A stretch of 43,320 bases of DNA. Source: Alphaproteobacteria bacterium (GTDB lineage: Bacteria > Pseudomonadota > Alphaproteobacteria > Sphingomonadales > SMXR01). Each line of letters opens with the position of its first letter. Position 1 is the stretch's first letter. The position numbers and the translations under genes were made by a program. The notes under the pieces are model-generated. The model saw only the letters and a list, made by a program, of their open reading frames with translations. It made no database searches and was not told the DNA's origin. The stretch lies in assembly GCA_004356215.1 (NCBI GenBank), contig SMXR01000032.1:1-43320 (forward strand), in the 5' to 3' direction. Shown here one piece after another: positions 42,435-43,320 of the stretch.

Positions 42435-43320
42435 TTATTTGGCGTTTGCCAAGGCGATAGCGGTGTCGGCCATCCGGTTGGAAAAGCCCCATTCGTTGTC
42501 GTACCAGCTAAAAACTCGGACAAACCGGCGTTCGATCACCGTGGTCCCACTGGTATCAAATATTGAGGATGCTGGGCAATGATTAAGATCGATTGAGACC
42601 ACCGGTTCATCGACAATATCCAGAATCCCTTTCATCGGCCCGGCGGCGGCTTTTTTCATCAGGTCATGGATTTCCTCGACCGAGGTGTCACGGCCGGCGT
42701 CAAATTTAAGGTCGATCAGTGAAACATTTGGGGTCGGGACCCGGACCGCCGAGCCATCCAGCTTGCCCTGTAATTCCGGCAGGACCAGGCCAACCGCCTT
42801 GGCCGCGCCGGTCGAGGTCGGGATCATCGACAACGTTGCCGCGCGCGCGCGCCGGGGGTCGGAATGCAATGTATCCAAAAGTCTTTGGTCGCCGGTATAA
42901 GCGTGGATGGTTGTCATGTAGCCGCGCTCGATACCGATGGCATCGTTCAAAACCTTGGCCACCGGCGCCAGGCAGTTGGTGGTGCACGAGGCGTTGGAGA
43001 TTATTCTGTGGCTGGCCTCAATCTTGTCGTGGTTGACGCCGTAAACCACGGTCAAATCGACCTCTTTGGCGGGCGCGGAAATGAGAACTTTCCCAGCGCC
43101 GGCATCAAGGTGGGCCTGGGATTTGGGCCCCGAGGCGAAAAACCCGGTGCATTCCATGACAACATCTATATTTTTTTCTTGCCACGGCAGCTTGGCCGGG
43201 TCGCGCTCAGACGTGACCGAAATTTCATCCCCGTTGATAATCATGGAACTGCCCTTGGTTTCCACCGTGCCCGGGAAAGGGCCATGGACTGAATCGCGCT
43301 TGAAAAGATAGGCGTTCATC
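42435..43320 (-). CDS. gap: Glyceraldehyde-3-phosphate dehydrogenase; N-terminus lies beyond the right window edge
   Basis: Active-site [12 protein letters not shown] and WYDNEWGFS near the C-terminus. The frame is open to the window end. The first 'M' of the ORF-track protein is internal (..LFKRDSVHG..). Confidence 0.92.
   Translation of the reverse strand, partial: MNAYLFKRDSVHGPFPGTVETKGSSMIINGDEISVTSERDPAKLPWQEKNIDVVMECTGFFASGPKSQAHLDAGAGKVLISAPAKEVDLTVVYGVNHDKIEASHRIISNASCTTNCLAPVAKVLNDAIGIERGYMTTIHAYTGDQRLLDTLHSDPRRARAATLSMIPTSTGAAKAVGLVLPELQGKLDGSAVRVPTPNVSLIDLKFDAGRDTSVEEIHDLMKKAAAGPMKGILDIVDEPVVSIDLNHCPASSIFDTSGTTVIERRFVRVFSWYDNEWGFSNRMADTAIALANAK

Noticed and set aside
1-43320. Scanned for rRNA, tRNA (GTTCGAATC-type T-arms), CRISPR-like regularly spaced repeats, IS/transposase/integrase/phage genes, toxin-antitoxin pairs and known defence-system domains.
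   Set aside because: I could not recognise any of these by eye. All ORFs of 150 aa or more that I accept have metabolic, transport, ribosomal or conserved-hypothetical character. A tRNAscan/Infernal/PADLOC run would be needed to make this negative result firm.

Overview
This is a 43.3-kb, densely coding chromosomal segment that looks alphaproteobacterial. The markers are rpsU divergently paired with a COQ9-like gene, DUF1013/DUF1192/DUF465 small proteins, split pntAA/pntAB/pntB, a 41-aa L36, gap-pgk-class I fba-thiE, and efp-suhB. I can support about 47 protein genes. I could not recognise any rRNA, tRNA, CRISPR array, transposase, integrase or phage gene by eye.

Gene order, left to right:
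(1) astA (5' end cut by the window)-astD-astB, followed by a tight trio: saccharopine/lysine-6-dehydrogenase-like, ThDP-dependent decarboxylase/AHAS-like, and an ALDH7-type aldehyde dehydrogenase.
(2) Two tandem paralogous RND permeases, one periplasmic adaptor, then a LytS-type kinase and a LytTR regulator.
(3) rpmF, then a minus-strand lipoprotein / M14 carboxypeptidase-like / secreted amidohydrolase operon, rpmJ (too short for the ORF track), a HAD hydrolase, pyk, an FGase-family gene and murI.
(4) A small TM ORF plus pntAA-pntAB-pntB.
(5) A patchy, AT-richer accessory stretch: secreted SnoaL-like protein, orphan membrane protein, GNAT, CMD/AhpD-like protein, secreted serine hydrolase.
(6) rpsU / COQ9-like, purE, DUF465, TIGR02444-like, ubiX, DUF465, DUF1013, GST, DUF1192, hsp20, suhB, efp, thiE, fba, pgk and gap (cut by the right edge).

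No obvious defence or mobile system is present. The most unusual items are:
- the basic-amino-acid catabolic trio sitting where astE is expected;
- the RND-RND-adaptor-LytS/LytTR block, which resembles the mdtABCD-baeSR architecture but uses a different regulator family and a different gene order;
- a serine-hydrolase gene bracketed by two copies of the rpsU terminator;
- a sigma32-like promoter plus a ROSE-like SD-sequestering hairpin with a bulged G upstream of hsp20;
- a block of five consecutive GC-rich stem-loops downstream of suhB;
- a perfect 16-bp palindrome in the murI-pnt spacer.

All family assignments come from motif recognition by eye. No database search was run.
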